IMG/VR virus record: IMGVR_UViG_3300020202_000061
Coordinates: 283,505-347,504 of that record
DNA length: 64,000 nt
Direction: 5' to 3' (one strand)
Positions 44,360-53,449 of the stretch are shown here, in pieces. The first letter of the stretch is position 1. Every line of letters begins with the position of its first letter. Below the pieces are notes generated by a model, which worked only from the letters and a program-made list of their open reading frames with translations, was not told the DNA's origin and ran no database searches. Position numbers and translations under genes: made by a program.

Positions 44360-46204
44360 TTAGTTCTTCCACCAGTTGGGGAGACCGGCACGGCGACGAA
44401 TCATCGCCAGTTCCTTCTCTTCTTCCCGACCCACATCGGGTGCACTCGGCGAGGCCAACGGGCTCATGCCCGGAACCTTCGACAGCCACGCTTCCTTGAG
44501 CGGCTTCTTACCCTTGGCGACCTTCTTGCGGCGAGACTCCTTGACCTCGTCCTTCTCCTCCTCGTCCTTCTCCCAAGGCTTCATCTGGCCGGACATGAGC
44601 TTGGTCTTACCCTCGTGCTCCTCCCCGCCCTCGGCTCCGGCTACATCACCGTCACCCTCAGCCTTGTCCTCGAACTCGTTATCCTTGTCCTTCTCAGAAT
44701 CCTCGTCGGACTTCTTCTCGGAGTCCCGATCATCCTCAGAATCACCCTCGTCCCGTGCAGGCTCTTCCACCTCGACCCGGTCAACCTCTACCTCTTCCTC
44801 CGATCCTTCATCACCGCCAAAATCCGGTTCCTCGGCCGGAGCTTCCTCCGATCCCTCGTCGCCGCCGAAATCCGGCTCACTGGCGGGCTCCTCGGCAGGG
44901 ACCTCCGCAGGTGCCCCCATGCTGGCCGCCGGGGCTACCGGGGCAGCAGCGGGCGATCCAGCGCCGTCAGCGAGTTCCTTGAGCTTACCCATGACCATGC
45001 CGATGTCGGCCACGTCCAGGGTACGATCCTCAGCGCAGCACTCGGCCACGGCCTGAGCGACCACCGACAGCTTATCGTCGGCGAGTTGATGCTTCACAGC
45101 AGCCTTGAGCAGCTTCACCAGGAATTCCTGGGTCACCGCGATCTCACCCGCAGCCATATCGTGCTCGTTCATCATGGAGGGGTTCGGCAACTGCTTCGGA
45201 GCAGAAGTCGGCATCCCACCAACACCATCCATCATCTCATGCTTGCTGGTGACCATGCCGTCTCCGGTGCACTCCACCAGGATGTGCTCGATGTCGGCAT
45301 CAGCCAGGGTCATACCCTCGGTCAGCTTGCGGTAGCTCGGCTTGGCCTTGCGGGACTCATCAGCCTTCTTGAATTTGTTCTGCTCGAACTTGCTCTCCTT
45401 GGATTCGTCCCGATCCGAGTCGGAATCGGAATCGGACTTCTCCGAACTATCCGACTTCGGAGCCGAACTCTTCCCGAAGTTGGTCTCCTTGGAGCCGTTT
45501 CCGGAACTCGCATCACCACCGGCCGAAGCCGAACGAGTGTTGCCCTGACCGGGAGCTTCCATCCGCTTCCAGTTGATCGCGTCCAGCGCGTCATCGGGCA
45601 TTTCCAGATTGTCCTCGCCGCCCTCACTGGCCGACTCAAATCCACCCTCGGTGGAGAGCGGGCTCTGCGTGGTCACGGGCATGGCTTCGACATTGTCATT
45701 GTTCAGATCATTGGTGCCGACCTCACCACCGGTCCGAGCGGCCGGGGCGTCTTCATCCGCCTCCAACAGACCCAGATCGTAGGCGTCCAGAACCAACGAA
45801 TCATTCTTCCAGAGCTTCTCACCCCGACCCACAAACATACCGGGAATCGCCGCAATCGCCTCGGTAACCTTCTTCTTGCCCTTAGCCTTCTTCGCATCGA
45901 TCTTCTTCACGGTTTTCTTCCCCACTGCTGCTTTCTTGGAATCCTTCGCATAGGATTCGATCACCTTCAGATGCTTGGCCTCGGCCGCACCCAACTTGTC
46001 CTCACCGAGAATGCGCAGATCAAGACGATCCCAACGCACACCAACGGCGGTCTCGCTCAAAGAGACAATGACGCCTTTACCCTTCGTGGGGTGCTCCACA
46101 CGGGATTCCACCTTGAATGACTTTCCAATCCTCTTGGCAGGCTTGGCAGACTCCTTCACGGAGCCCTTGGACAACTGATTCACAAGATCGCTGAACGATG
46201 ACAT
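44360..46204 (-). CDS. Acidic low-complexity late protein, putative prohead core/scaffold
   Basis: TAAATA; repeated (L/V/I)xE(S/A) sites; E/D-rich; C-terminal IRRRAGL. Confidence 0.55.
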   Translation of the reverse strand: MSSFSDLVNQLSKGSVKESAKPAKRIGKSFKVESRVEHPTKGKGVIVSLSETAVGVRWDRLDLRILGEDKLGAAEAKHLKVIESYAKDSKKAAVGKKTVKKIDAKKAKGKKKVTEAIAAIPGMFVGRGEKLWKNDSLVLDAYDLGLLEADEDAPAARTGGEVGTNDLNNDNVEAMPVTTQSPLSTEGGFESASEGGEDNLEMPDDALDAINWKRMEAPGQGNTRSASAGGDASSGNGSKETNFGKSSAPKSDSSEKSDSDSDSDRDESKESKFEQNKFKKADESRKAKPSYRKLTEGMTLADADIEHILVECTGDGMVTSKHEMMDGVGGMPTSAPKQLPNPSMMNEHDMAAGEIAVTQEFLVKLLKAAVKHQLADDKLSVVAQAVAECCAEDRTLDVADIGMVMGKLKELADGAGSPAAAPVAPAASMGAPAEVPAEEPASEPDFGGDEGSEEAPAEEPDFGGDEGSEEEVEVDRVEVEEPARDEGDSEDDRDSEKKSDEDSEKDKDNEFEDKAEGDGDVAGAEGGEEHEGKTKLMSGQMKPWEKDEEEKDEVKESRRKKVAKGKKPLKEAWLSKVPGMSPLASPSAPDVGREEEKELAMIRRRAGLPNWWKN

Positions 46205-46261
46205 GGTGGTCCCTCTCTAGTGGTCAGATTTTATTTAGGAAAACCACCCAGGAGGGGCGTA

Positions 46262-46906
46262 CTAGTCGAGAGGAAACACCGGACGGATGTGCTTGGTGAG
46301 TTCGCGGAATGCCCCCACGGTTAGACGGGCATCCTCCAGAGCATCGTGTTTGCCACGACGCGAACCCGAGGTGGCCAGAAACAGATCGTCGCTGTTGGCG
46401 ATTCCCAGGGTGAAGAAACCCAGGGTGGACGAGTCCAACATACGATGATCCAGACGGACCTCCCTGCTGACTCCCGCAAACCACAGGAACTGCTTGGTGA
46501 AATACAGATCAAACCAGGGGTTGTGACCGGCGAAGATAATTTTTTCACCCACCCAGTGACGCTGCAATATCGGGATCAACCCCCCGGCGATCACCTCTGG
46601 ATGGGGCTTGGTGAGGAGACTGGCCTGCGAGATTCCATGCACGCGCTCGGCCTCGGGCGACCATGTCAGATGGCAGTGTTCACCCTCATACTGCTGGGTC
46701 GTTCCAAGCCACTTTACATCGGCCCGAAATTCATCGACGATCTCCCAGCGATCATAGGGGTCCTCGACCACACAAAATCCCATCTGGATTCCCTGCGGAC
46801 CATAGTCGAATCGGGGCTCGTCATCCGGTAACCCGCTGGTCTCCCAATCCCCCACTAGAACCTTTGCAAATTTTTTCACGCGAAACCGAACTTTCTTATG
46901 TCTCAT
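46262..46906 (-). CDS. DEDDh 3'-5' exonuclease
   Basis: DWETSG, VHGI, GHNPWFD, HDALEDA. Confidence 0.85.
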   Translation of the reverse strand: MRHKKVRFRVKKFAKVLVGDWETSGLPDDEPRFDYGPQGIQMGFCVVEDPYDRWEIVDEFRADVKWLGTTQQYEGEHCHLTWSPEAERVHGISQASLLTKPHPEVIAGGLIPILQRHWVGEKIIFAGHNPWFDLYFTKQFLWFAGVSREVRLDHRMLDSSTLGFFTLGIANSDDLFLATSGSRRGKHDALEDARLTVGAFRELTKHIRPVFPLD

Positions 46907-46932
46907 CCCTTTAGTTAGGGATGTTCAATTTT

Positions 46933-47121
46933 TCACTTACTAGTTAGCCAGCCCCAGGTGAGGCCCTTCTTGATGTGATTGATGGTACTTTGGGAGACGC
47001 CGAATTTCTCGGCGAGTCTCTGTTGGGTGTGCCGCTTGTCGTTGAAGATGAACAGGACATCCTTTTCGGTGAGTTTATTTCGGAAATTTTTCGTGCCTCG
47101 ATTGCGTCCTGGTTTGGTCAC
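46933..47121 (-). CDS. Small HTH DNA-binding protein
   Basis: KLTEKDV...QQRLAEKFGVSQSTINHI..G.TW. Confidence 0.7.
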   Translation of the reverse strand: MTKPGRNRGTKNFRNKLTEKDVLFIFNDKRHTQQRLAEKFGVSQSTINHIKKGLTWGWLTSK

Positions 47122-47126
47122 CTTGG

Positions 47127-48059
47127 CTACCCTTCTTGCGCTAGGTCTCTCAACCTAATTAGGGCATCGCACAGGTTGATCTCGGACAACCCCACCACGG
47201 AATGTCGATAGACGTGTTCCGCGATGATGCGGATGGCTCGTTCCTCGTGGGGGCCAAAGCTGGGGGAGTTCTCGTAGAGGTAGCGGTAGATGTCCTCGAT
47301 CTCATCACGAGCCACGGCGTAGGCGCTGGCTTTGATCTCTCCGACCGGAGCATTGCTGGTGATCTGTCCATGGATCACCATGGCGATCTCACTATCGCTC
47401 TCGTGGTGATCTACATAGGTCAGATCGGAACCCCGAGCCGAATCCTGTAGGGTGACCAGGGCCTTGCGGAGGTTCGGGTAGAAATGGTCCGAGATCGTGG
47501 CCAGAACCTCTTGATTCTCGTCCTTCTCCACGTCCACGCCCTCGGCCATGGATACCTCGACCAGACGTGATAGGAACGCTTCCTGCTCCAGAGCCTGGAT
47601 CGGCACCACCACGCAGCGACCCTGCAATGGGGTCATGATGCGGCGCACGTCATTGCAGGTGAAGATGAAGCGGACCGAATCGGTGTGAATCTCGGTGAGG
47701 TCGCGCAGGGCCTCTTGCGCATCCCTGGTGAGACGCTCGGCCTCGTCCAGAACGACCAGACGCAATCCGTTCCAGCCTTGATTCTCGCAGAACTCCGTGA
47801 TCAGTCCACGGACCACGTCCACGCCGTTCCCACGCGATGCGGGCTGGTAGAGGAAATCCTGATCCTCCACGTGCATCTCGTTCTTGAGAAGCTTGGCCAA
47901 GCTGGTCTTACCGGTACCGCTTGGTCCGTGCAGGATCAGGTTCGGCATCGAGCCGGGGTCTCTGATCCAGCCCTGAACCTTCTCGCGGAATTCCGGACTG
48001 ATCCAAACGTATTCATCGACCGTCTTGGGTCGATACTTCTGGAACCAAAGCTCTCTCAT
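47127..48059 (-). CDS. Sliding-clamp loader subunit (T4 gp44/RFC-like AAA+)
   Basis: WFQKYRPKTV, GPSGTGKTS, VLDEAE.L...AQ..LR, FIFTCN. Confidence 0.9.
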   Translation of the reverse strand: MRELWFQKYRPKTVDEYVWISPEFREKVQGWIRDPGSMPNLILHGPSGTGKTSLAKLLKNEMHVEDQDFLYQPASRGNGVDVVRGLITEFCENQGWNGLRLVVLDEAERLTRDAQEALRDLTEIHTDSVRFIFTCNDVRRIMTPLQGRCVVVPIQALEQEAFLSRLVEVSMAEGVDVEKDENQEVLATISDHFYPNLRKALVTLQDSARGSDLTYVDHHESDSEIAMVIHGQITSNAPVGEIKASAYAVARDEIEDIYRYLYENSPSFGPHEERAIRIIAEHVYRHSVVGLSEINLCDALIRLRDLAQEG

Positions 48060-48604
48060 AATGACAACACCTTGAATGGACGACGCACGGAAGCGATTGT
48101 TTGTTCGGCCGCTTCCAGCGCCATGAGCAGACGAGAGGTGGGGTCCTCGACGAGTTTCTGCAACGCATAGAGCACGGCGAACGCTGCTTGATATCCAGAG
48201 CCCTCGGCCGCGCCCCAGTCCTGGCAGCGCAGAATAGCCATGTCCGAGTTCAACATGTAGAGTTCACCACGATACCCGATCAACAGAGCGGCCTCAGGCA
48301 GTTCCATCACCCCGTCCTTGATGGTGAGGAACTTGTTGTCCTCGAAACACTTCACCAATGCCTGAACATAGGTGGACTTCATGTAACGATCCGTGGAATG
48401 ATCCGGGTTGTGTTCGGGTGGGGTGAATGAGTACTGGAGAATATCACGGATTCTCCAAGCTCCCGCGATGGCATAGATGAAATCATCACGGATAAACACC
48501 TTGTCGGTGTTCGCGGTCTCGAACGTCGAATGGTGATCGATGGCGATGGAATCCGCCCCCATGTAGACCACACCGTTATGGACGAGTCCGGCAATACAGG
48601 TCAC
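48056..48604 (-). CDS. Ntn-hydrolase (HslV/proteasome-beta-like peptidase)
   Basis: (M)TCIAG....VYMGADS, K at expected position, GSG..A; GTG start. Confidence 0.75.
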   Translation of the reverse strand: MTCIAGLVHNGVVYMGADSIAIDHHSTFETANTDKVFIRDDFIYAIAGAWRIRDILQYSFTPPEHNPDHSTDRYMKSTYVQALVKCFEDNKFLTIKDGVMELPEAALLIGYRGELYMLNSDMAILRCQDWGAAEGSGYQAAFAVLYALQKLVEDPTSRLLMALEAAEQTIASVRRPFKVLSL

Positions 48605-48768
48605 GCGAGGAATCCCCAGAGTTCCAAAGACCTGTAGCTGTTCCAAACCAAGGAAACGCCCCACACCAAGGACCAGACGAGGTCCTTACGCAAGTAGCTC
48701 CTGTACAAGAGATATCCCGAACAAACTACACCCAGCAGATATAGATACAACAAATACTCATTCAGCAT
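48601..48768 (-). CDS. 55-aa membrane protein (not in ORF track)
   Basis: MLNEYLLYLYLLGVVCSG...LVWSLVWGV...; overlaps both neighbours. Confidence 0.5.
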   Translation of the reverse strand: MLNEYLLYLYLLGVVCSGYLLYRSYLRKDLVWSLVWGVSLVWNSYRSLELWGFLA

Positions 48769-49207
48769 TTTGTTTTTCCTTCTCGATCACCTGGAGTAAA
48801 TCCTCCATGGTGAGGAACTCAAACTTGATCTCCTCGGGCAGTCCCCATGCGCGATAGGCCGAACCCAGCACATACGCGGCATCAAGGTTGATTCCGTGTT
48901 CCGAATTCAACGGCAGAGCCAGCGCATAGAGACGACCACTGCGGGAGGTCGCCCTCACGTAGGGACGATCCCCATCGAGAATCCCGAAGTTTCTCAACGG
49001 GGAACTGACACGACCCTCGCCGTAGTTCAGGTTGTAGCCGACCATGTGGATCGCAGCGGGATGCTTGTCCCAGGCCGGAACCCTGAACAAACCACCGCTG
49101 ATCAGGAACGCCTCGGGCTGCTCCTCCACCGGAGCGGGCTTCCAAACCCCACCCGTGATGTGATTGTGGAGATCAACCTCTTCCATGGTGTCAGCCTTCC
49201 TGGGCAT
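48758..49207 (-). CDS. Hypothetical protein
   Basis: H.VG...EGRVSS...T.SGR.Y motif. Confidence 0.6.
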   Translation of the reverse strand: MPRKADTMEEVDLHNHITGGVWKPAPVEEQPEAFLISGGLFRVPAWDKHPAAIHMVGYNLNYGEGRVSSPLRNFGILDGDRPYVRATSRSGRLYALALPLNSEHGINLDAAYVLGSAYRAWGLPEEIKFEFLTMEDLLQVIEKEKQNAE

Positions 49208-49619
49208 CAAATACCTCTGGATACTTCTCGGCGAGTTTCGCCTTTTCGTCCTCGTCGAAACCCGACTCATCCACCAGAAGGATGTCCTCGGCCTTGATCG
49301 CCCAGGCGCGGTTGTGATGCTCGCGCGAATGCTCGAATCCACGCGTCCATTTCATCTCATCGCACAGGACCTTGTCCCCGACACGGATACCACGAGATTC
49401 GGCCTCTTCGTTGGTGGCAACGACCATGGCCCAACGCGAGCGAATTCCCGAGTGCTTGTGATCGGTTCCACGTTTCATGGAGTTCTTGTCGAAGCTGGTA
49501 TCGGAGGGGAGCCAGAATTTCTTGCCCCCGGCGAATCTCAGCAACTTTTCCCCATCATCGTAGATGTCCACGAGAACCCAATCCTTGATCGGGCGAATTC
49601 CAATAAGTGTTTCCGGCAT
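49191..49619 (-). CDS. GroES-like co-chaperonin
   Basis: IRPIKDWVLV, GIR.RWA.VVA, VGDKVL, EDILLV. Confidence 0.75.
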   Translation of the reverse strand: MPETLIGIRPIKDWVLVDIYDDGEKLLRFAGGKKFWLPSDTSFDKNSMKRGTDHKHSGIRSRWAMVVATNEEAESRGIRVGDKVLCDEMKWTRGFEHSREHHNRAWAIKAEDILLVDESGFDEDEKAKLAEKYPEVFDAQEG

Positions 49620-49666
49620 GTTACCCCCTGCCGGAAATATTGGGGAAACCTCGTGGAGGTCAAGTC

Positions 49667-49912
49667 TTACTCGGGTAAAACCGAGGGAAGTTCTATCTTT
49701 GGAATTATGGTGATCGAATTCGTGTCGTCGTCGAACGCCATGACACGGCCATTCTTCTGGTTCACGCAGTATTCGAACTCGAATCCAGTCTGATCGTGCA
49801 TATTCGTGAGGAACGTGTGGCACGCCTCATGAGTCATTGGTATTTGCACGGTCATTCCCCCTGCGCCACCGTAAATGCCCATCACCAAGACCCAACCGAG
49901 AATCGCATCCAT
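49667..49912 (-). CDS. Small secreted protein (paralog A)
   Basis: MDAILGWVLV...EAC...YC.N...G.V. Confidence 0.55.
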   Translation of the reverse strand: MDAILGWVLVMGIYGGAGGMTVQIPMTHEACHTFLTNMHDQTGFEFEYCVNQKNGRVMAFDDDTNSITIIPKIELPSVLPE

Positions 49913-50109
49913 TATTCTTCCCCCTCGCTTTGATGTGGAAAATGAACCTCACCCGTCGCCGTGTTCAGGCAATAGATGTTTTCCTTGGCCACTGGCGTGT
50001 TGTCGTAGATCGCTTGGATAGCGTTGCGGCACGCCTCTCTGTGCTCCATCGCGACCTGTTCCATGCGGTCGGTGAGCAGGATTAAAACCCATCCAAATAC
50101 GATGTCCAT
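49912..50109 (-). CDS. Small secreted protein (paralog B)
   Basis: MDIVFGWVLI...EAC...YC.N...G.V. Confidence 0.55.
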   Translation of the reverse strand: MDIVFGWVLILLTDRMEQVAMEHREACRNAIQAIYDNTPVAKENIYCLNTATGEVHFPHQSEGEE

Positions 50110-50154
50110 GAAAACCCCCTAATCTCAAGGATATTGGGATTAGATCAGCCAGGA

Positions 50155-50517
50155 TCAAGAGCGAGGTTTACGGATCATCCCCATATTTCCCCAGTCAAAT
50201 CCAAACCGGGAATACCACTGGGATAGAATCGGGGTGTCTTCGTCGAGTGCGGCTGGTTCCAGGGTCAGAACCACATCAAGCTGATCAGCGAGTTCCGCAT
50301 ACTTGCGCATGACCGTTGTGCCTAAACCCTTGGCGCGATCTGCCTTGTTGAATACCTCGATGTGCTCGATATGAATTCGATTCGGACCCATGATGGCGAA
50401 GTCCGTCCCAATTGGAGCCTCGATGTCGTCCCAGCCCATCCGCTTCCACCACCTGTTGAACAGGGTGCGGAATCGCCAAGCTGGAGTTTGGGCTTCACGG
50501 AGCATGCTGATCTTCAT
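50155..50517 (-). CDS. GNAT-family acetyltransferase (late)
   Basis: RAKGLGT.VM, WYSRFGF; TAAATA 5 nt upstream; N-terminus MKISMLREA. Confidence 0.7.
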   Translation of the reverse strand: MKISMLREAQTPAWRFRTLFNRWWKRMGWDDIEAPIGTDFAIMGPNRIHIEHIEVFNKADRAKGLGTTVMRKYAELADQLDVVLTLEPAALDEDTPILSQWYSRFGFDWGNMGMIRKPRS

Positions 50518-50529
50518 GCTCATATTTAA

Positions 50530-50555
50530 GGGGCCAGGAGTTTCCCCCTGGCCCC
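50530..50555 (-). terminator. Hairpin
   Basis: GGGGCCAGG...CCTGGCCCC. Confidence 0.55.
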
Positions 50556-50589
50556 CGGTCGGGCTGCGACGTTGTCAGGCACCACAGCC

Positions 50590-50826
50590 CTAATCGATGC
50601 CGACGTTGACCTCCACCTTGATCATGGCCTTGATCGTGGCCTCCCACTCGGTGCGATCCAGCCAGATGCGATAGTCCACGTAGGGCTGGTTGTAGTGACC
50701 GCCGTAACCATCATCACGGCTATGCGTGCCGGTCAGGAGAATCGCGTAGTGTTCGCGATCCGGAAAATCACGGAAGTCCGTCAGGGACTTTCCTTCGTAG
50801 AATTTATCCCCCAACATCTGCATCAT
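50590..50826 (-). CDS. Hypothetical protein
   Basis: End of minus-strand operon. Confidence 0.5.
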   Translation of the reverse strand: MMQMLGDKFYEGKSLTDFRDFPDREHYAILLTGTHSRDDGYGGHYNQPYVDYRIWLDRTEWEATIKAMIKVEVNVGID

Positions 50827-51091
50827 CCTTTCTGCCGACAACTCTGCCGGACGCATCACGCAGGGCCACATCCTTCAAGCGCCACTCCGGGAACTCCGGA
50901 TTGGCATGGTTGATCTTGCCCGCGCAGGATCGGCAATAGTGAGCGCGGGTCGAAGGGTTCCAAAAGGTCGCACCCGGTGCTTGACAGGCACGACGATTGC
51001 AGGAGCCGTTGAAGTGGCCCTTGTCGGGCTTCTCCGGCTGATCCAGGGCAGGCGCACGCAGGGTCGCCGCAAACAGGGTCGGGTCGATCAT
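50804..51091 (-). CDS. Small Zn-finger protein
   Basis: GSCNRRACQ...HYCRSCA. Confidence 0.6.
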   Translation of the reverse strand: MIDPTLFAATLRAPALDQPEKPDKGHFNGSCNRRACQAPGATFWNPSTRAHYCRSCAGKINHANPEFPEWRLKDVALRDASGRVVGRKDDADVGG

Positions 51092-51459
51092 CGGTAGCTC
51101 GCCTCCGTCGTATCGGTGGGGTTGTCGATTCCATCGGGTTTCCCCGCTTGGCCGTCCTGGCGCTCTACGTAGTCGGCCACCCGTAGCAGGTGCTGGGCCA
51201 GGATGCGGGCACGGGCCGGACTGATATGGGTGATCTGCCACAGGTGTTGCGGATTGTTCCGCTCTTGGTGGATACTCACCCCGACGCAATCCCCATAGAC
51301 CGGGTTATGGGCGCTGCTGACGCCGATCCGGAACCCCTCGTCCATCGGCCGAACCACACCGGTATTGAACGAGAAGATCGACATCGATGCCCGCTTGAGC
51401 AACGCGGCGAACGATTCCCTCCGACGCAACACCGTATGGATGACCGGCGCGACCATCAA
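51088..51459 (-). CDS. Hypothetical protein
   Basis: Overlap coupling. Confidence 0.5.
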   Translation of the reverse strand: MMVAPVIHTVLRRRESFAALLKRASMSIFSFNTGVVRPMDEGFRIGVSSAHNPVYGDCVGVSIHQERNNPQHLWQITHISPARARILAQHLLRVADYVERQDGQAGKPDGIDNPTDTTEASYR

Positions 51460-51728
51460 CGCACCCTGGTGCTGGCGTTGATCGCGGCCTTGGTAACCTC
51501 ACCAAGTTCCCGCATGGACGCGTCCACGGCGTTGCCCAGGGCACGGTTGTAGTCGCCCATGATCAACGTGACGTGTTCCTGGATCAACCGGGCATTCTCG
51601 TCGAGGCGATCCGCCACGATGTCATTGCCGGTCGTAGCAAAGGCCGCCGAGAGTCGCTCCAGATCGGCTGCAATCGCATTCAGCGACTGGCTCCGAGAGT
51701 GCAGGGTGTCGAGGAATTTCTTATCCAT
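51456..51728 (-). CDS. Hypothetical helical protein
   Basis: GAAGG RBS. Confidence 0.55.
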   Translation of the reverse strand: MDKKFLDTLHSRSQSLNAIAADLERLSAAFATTGNDIVADRLDENARLIQEHVTLIMGDYNRALGNAVDASMRELGEVTKAAINASTRVR

Positions 51729-52254
51729 TGGCTTGTACCTTCTTCTGCGCGTATAACTGCCGACGCCGGGCGTTGCGCTTGCGGCGCTTCTCTTCCTTGG
51801 CGCGGTTCTCCGGCCAATACTGGGGCTCGGCCTCGTACAGGAATACCCAGTAGGGATAGCCATTGCCACGGTTGCAGCCCTCGATCAGACCCATCGCCTT
51901 GATCGGCCGACCGTGGTAGATCGAGAGGAACTTCGAGCAATCCTGCTTGGTCAATTCGGTGATGCGCTTATTCTTGGGCAGCGATGCCCAAGCGGCCTTC
52001 CACTTGTCCTGGCTCCACTGCTGGAGCCGATCCGAGTAGTCCCCGGTGGAATGGGTCAAGTCCTGATCGCGCCACAGGTAGAACTCGCTGTAGCCGTAGG
52101 GCGACTCCTGCTTGGTGATGCGCGAATTCGGATTGACCCAGTATGTGTCGTCGGTCGGATCATCCAGGTATTCGTTGCCCTTCTCGTCGATGTAGACGAG
52201 TTCCAGCCCGTAGCCATCGTTCCGGAATACGCGGGTCAATTCACGCTTAGCCAT
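51721..52254 (-). CDS. Hypothetical phage protein
   Basis: PYGYS.F, YSDRL.QW, GCN..NGYPYW. Confidence 0.65.
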   Translation of the reverse strand: MAKRELTRVFRNDGYGLELVYIDEKGNEYLDDPTDDTYWVNPNSRITKQESPYGYSEFYLWRDQDLTHSTGDYSDRLQQWSQDKWKAAWASLPKNKRITELTKQDCSKFLSIYHGRPIKAMGLIEGCNRGNGYPYWVFLYEAEPQYWPENRAKEEKRRKRNARRRQLYAQKKVQANG

Positions 52255-52675
52255 TGTCCTGCATCCTCTTGACAAACCACGGAGTGGAATCCTTACCGGC
52301 CGCGTCGTACTCACGCTGGCTGATGTTCACGGCGAGGCCGCACTTGGACAGGGGTACTTCGACCCTGGGATAACCCTTGCCGTACGACGTGTAGTAGATG
52401 TTCACGCCCAAAACCTCGGTGCACCCCATCAACTGATCCAGTTCCTTCTCGGTCAGACCAAACTCGACCAGCGCATCCTTCACGGAGGGCCACGTCTCAT
52501 TCCCGCCGAGATATCGATCCCGCACCCACTGCCGGATTTTCACCAGCCGGGTGCGCTCACCCAGGTCCTTGAAGGCACGAGGCTTACCCTTCCGCTTTTG
52601 CGCGGCCTTCTCACGGTTCGCCGTCATCTGGTTGACCAGACTCACGAACTCCTCGACATCCTTACGCTGTGCCAT
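52247..52675 (-). CDS. Hypothetical protein
   Basis: Overlap coupling. Confidence 0.55.
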   Translation of the reverse strand: MAQRKDVEEFVSLVNQMTANREKAAQKRKGKPRAFKDLGERTRLVKIRQWVRDRYLGGNETWPSVKDALVEFGLTEKELDQLMGCTEVLGVNIYYTSYGKGYPRVEVPLSKCGLAVNISQREYDAAGKDSTPWFVKRMQDNG

Positions 52676-52895
52676 TCTTGGCCCCTTCGAGCTTCCGCAG
52701 CAACCGGCCCTGTTCGGCGTAGTTGTTGAAAATCTCCTCGTTGACCTCGTTGTAGGCATCCGAGAAAGGATTCCCTTTCACCTGCTCATACTGGGGTCCG
52801 AGTTCCTCCGCCAACACCCGACGACAGTATTCGAGCTTCTCCTGGTCGGAGAGGTTCTCGTACATGTCACGGTCGTAGATGAACGGCTTCGACAT
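52662..52895 (-). CDS. Hypothetical protein
   Basis: TGATG coupling. Confidence 0.55.
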   Translation of the reverse strand: MSKPFIYDRDMYENLSDQEKLEYCRRVLAEELGPQYEQVKGNPFSDAYNEVNEEIFNNYAEQGRLLRKLEGAKNGTA

Positions 52896-53164
52896 CAGTC
52901 GCCCTTCACACTGATCCACTCACGAGCCACCCGCACGACCTCGGTGGGGTTCGCCACGGTCAACAGCAGGGCGCTGCGGTAGCGGGCACGCAGTGCCAGA
53001 TCGGGCACCGGATTGTCCACTTCCGCCATGAAATCCATGTGCGGGGTGCCACGGGCCTGATTGGTGGCGCGGCATTCCCGGCGGTGTACGTTGATCGCAG
53101 CTTCGCGAAACTCCTGATTGCCCAGGGCGAACGCCTCAATCACTCGCTTCTCGTAGTCGTGCAT
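52895..53164 (-). CDS. Hypothetical protein
   Basis: AGGAG RBS. Confidence 0.55.
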   Translation of the reverse strand: MHDYEKRVIEAFALGNQEFREAAINVHRRECRATNQARGTPHMDFMAEVDNPVPDLALRARYRSALLLTVANPTEVVRVAREWISVKGD

Positions 53165-53173
53165 AGCCGACTC

Positions 53174-53449
53174 CTACAGTTTCAACACCGGCAACTTGAG
53201 GAGAAGCGCCTCGCGGGCTTTCTCCATCAGACCCTTGACCTCGGTCAGCTTCTCCTCGGCCTTCTCCACGTTCATCACCGAGATCATGAACGCCACATGG
53301 GGGTCCTTCTCGGACTCGATCAGATCGTCATCCCTGGGATAGACCTGATCCAGGATCGTCACCAACCCGGCCATGGCGGGCGCTTTGGACCCGCCCATCG
53401 CGAACACCATGATGGCGTCACGGGCGTGGGCTACACGAACCTTATCCAT
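53174..53449 (-). CDS. Hypothetical protein
   Basis: TAATG coupling to helicase. Confidence 0.55.
   Translation of the reverse strand: MDKVRVAHARDAIMVFAMGGSKAPAMAGLVTILDQVYPRDDDLIESEKDPHVAFMISVMNVEKAEEKLTEVKGLMEKAREALLLKLPVLKL

Noticed and set aside
46933-47121. HNH homing endonuclease
   Set aside because: Only the C-terminal HTH-like part is present, with no HNH catalytic motif.
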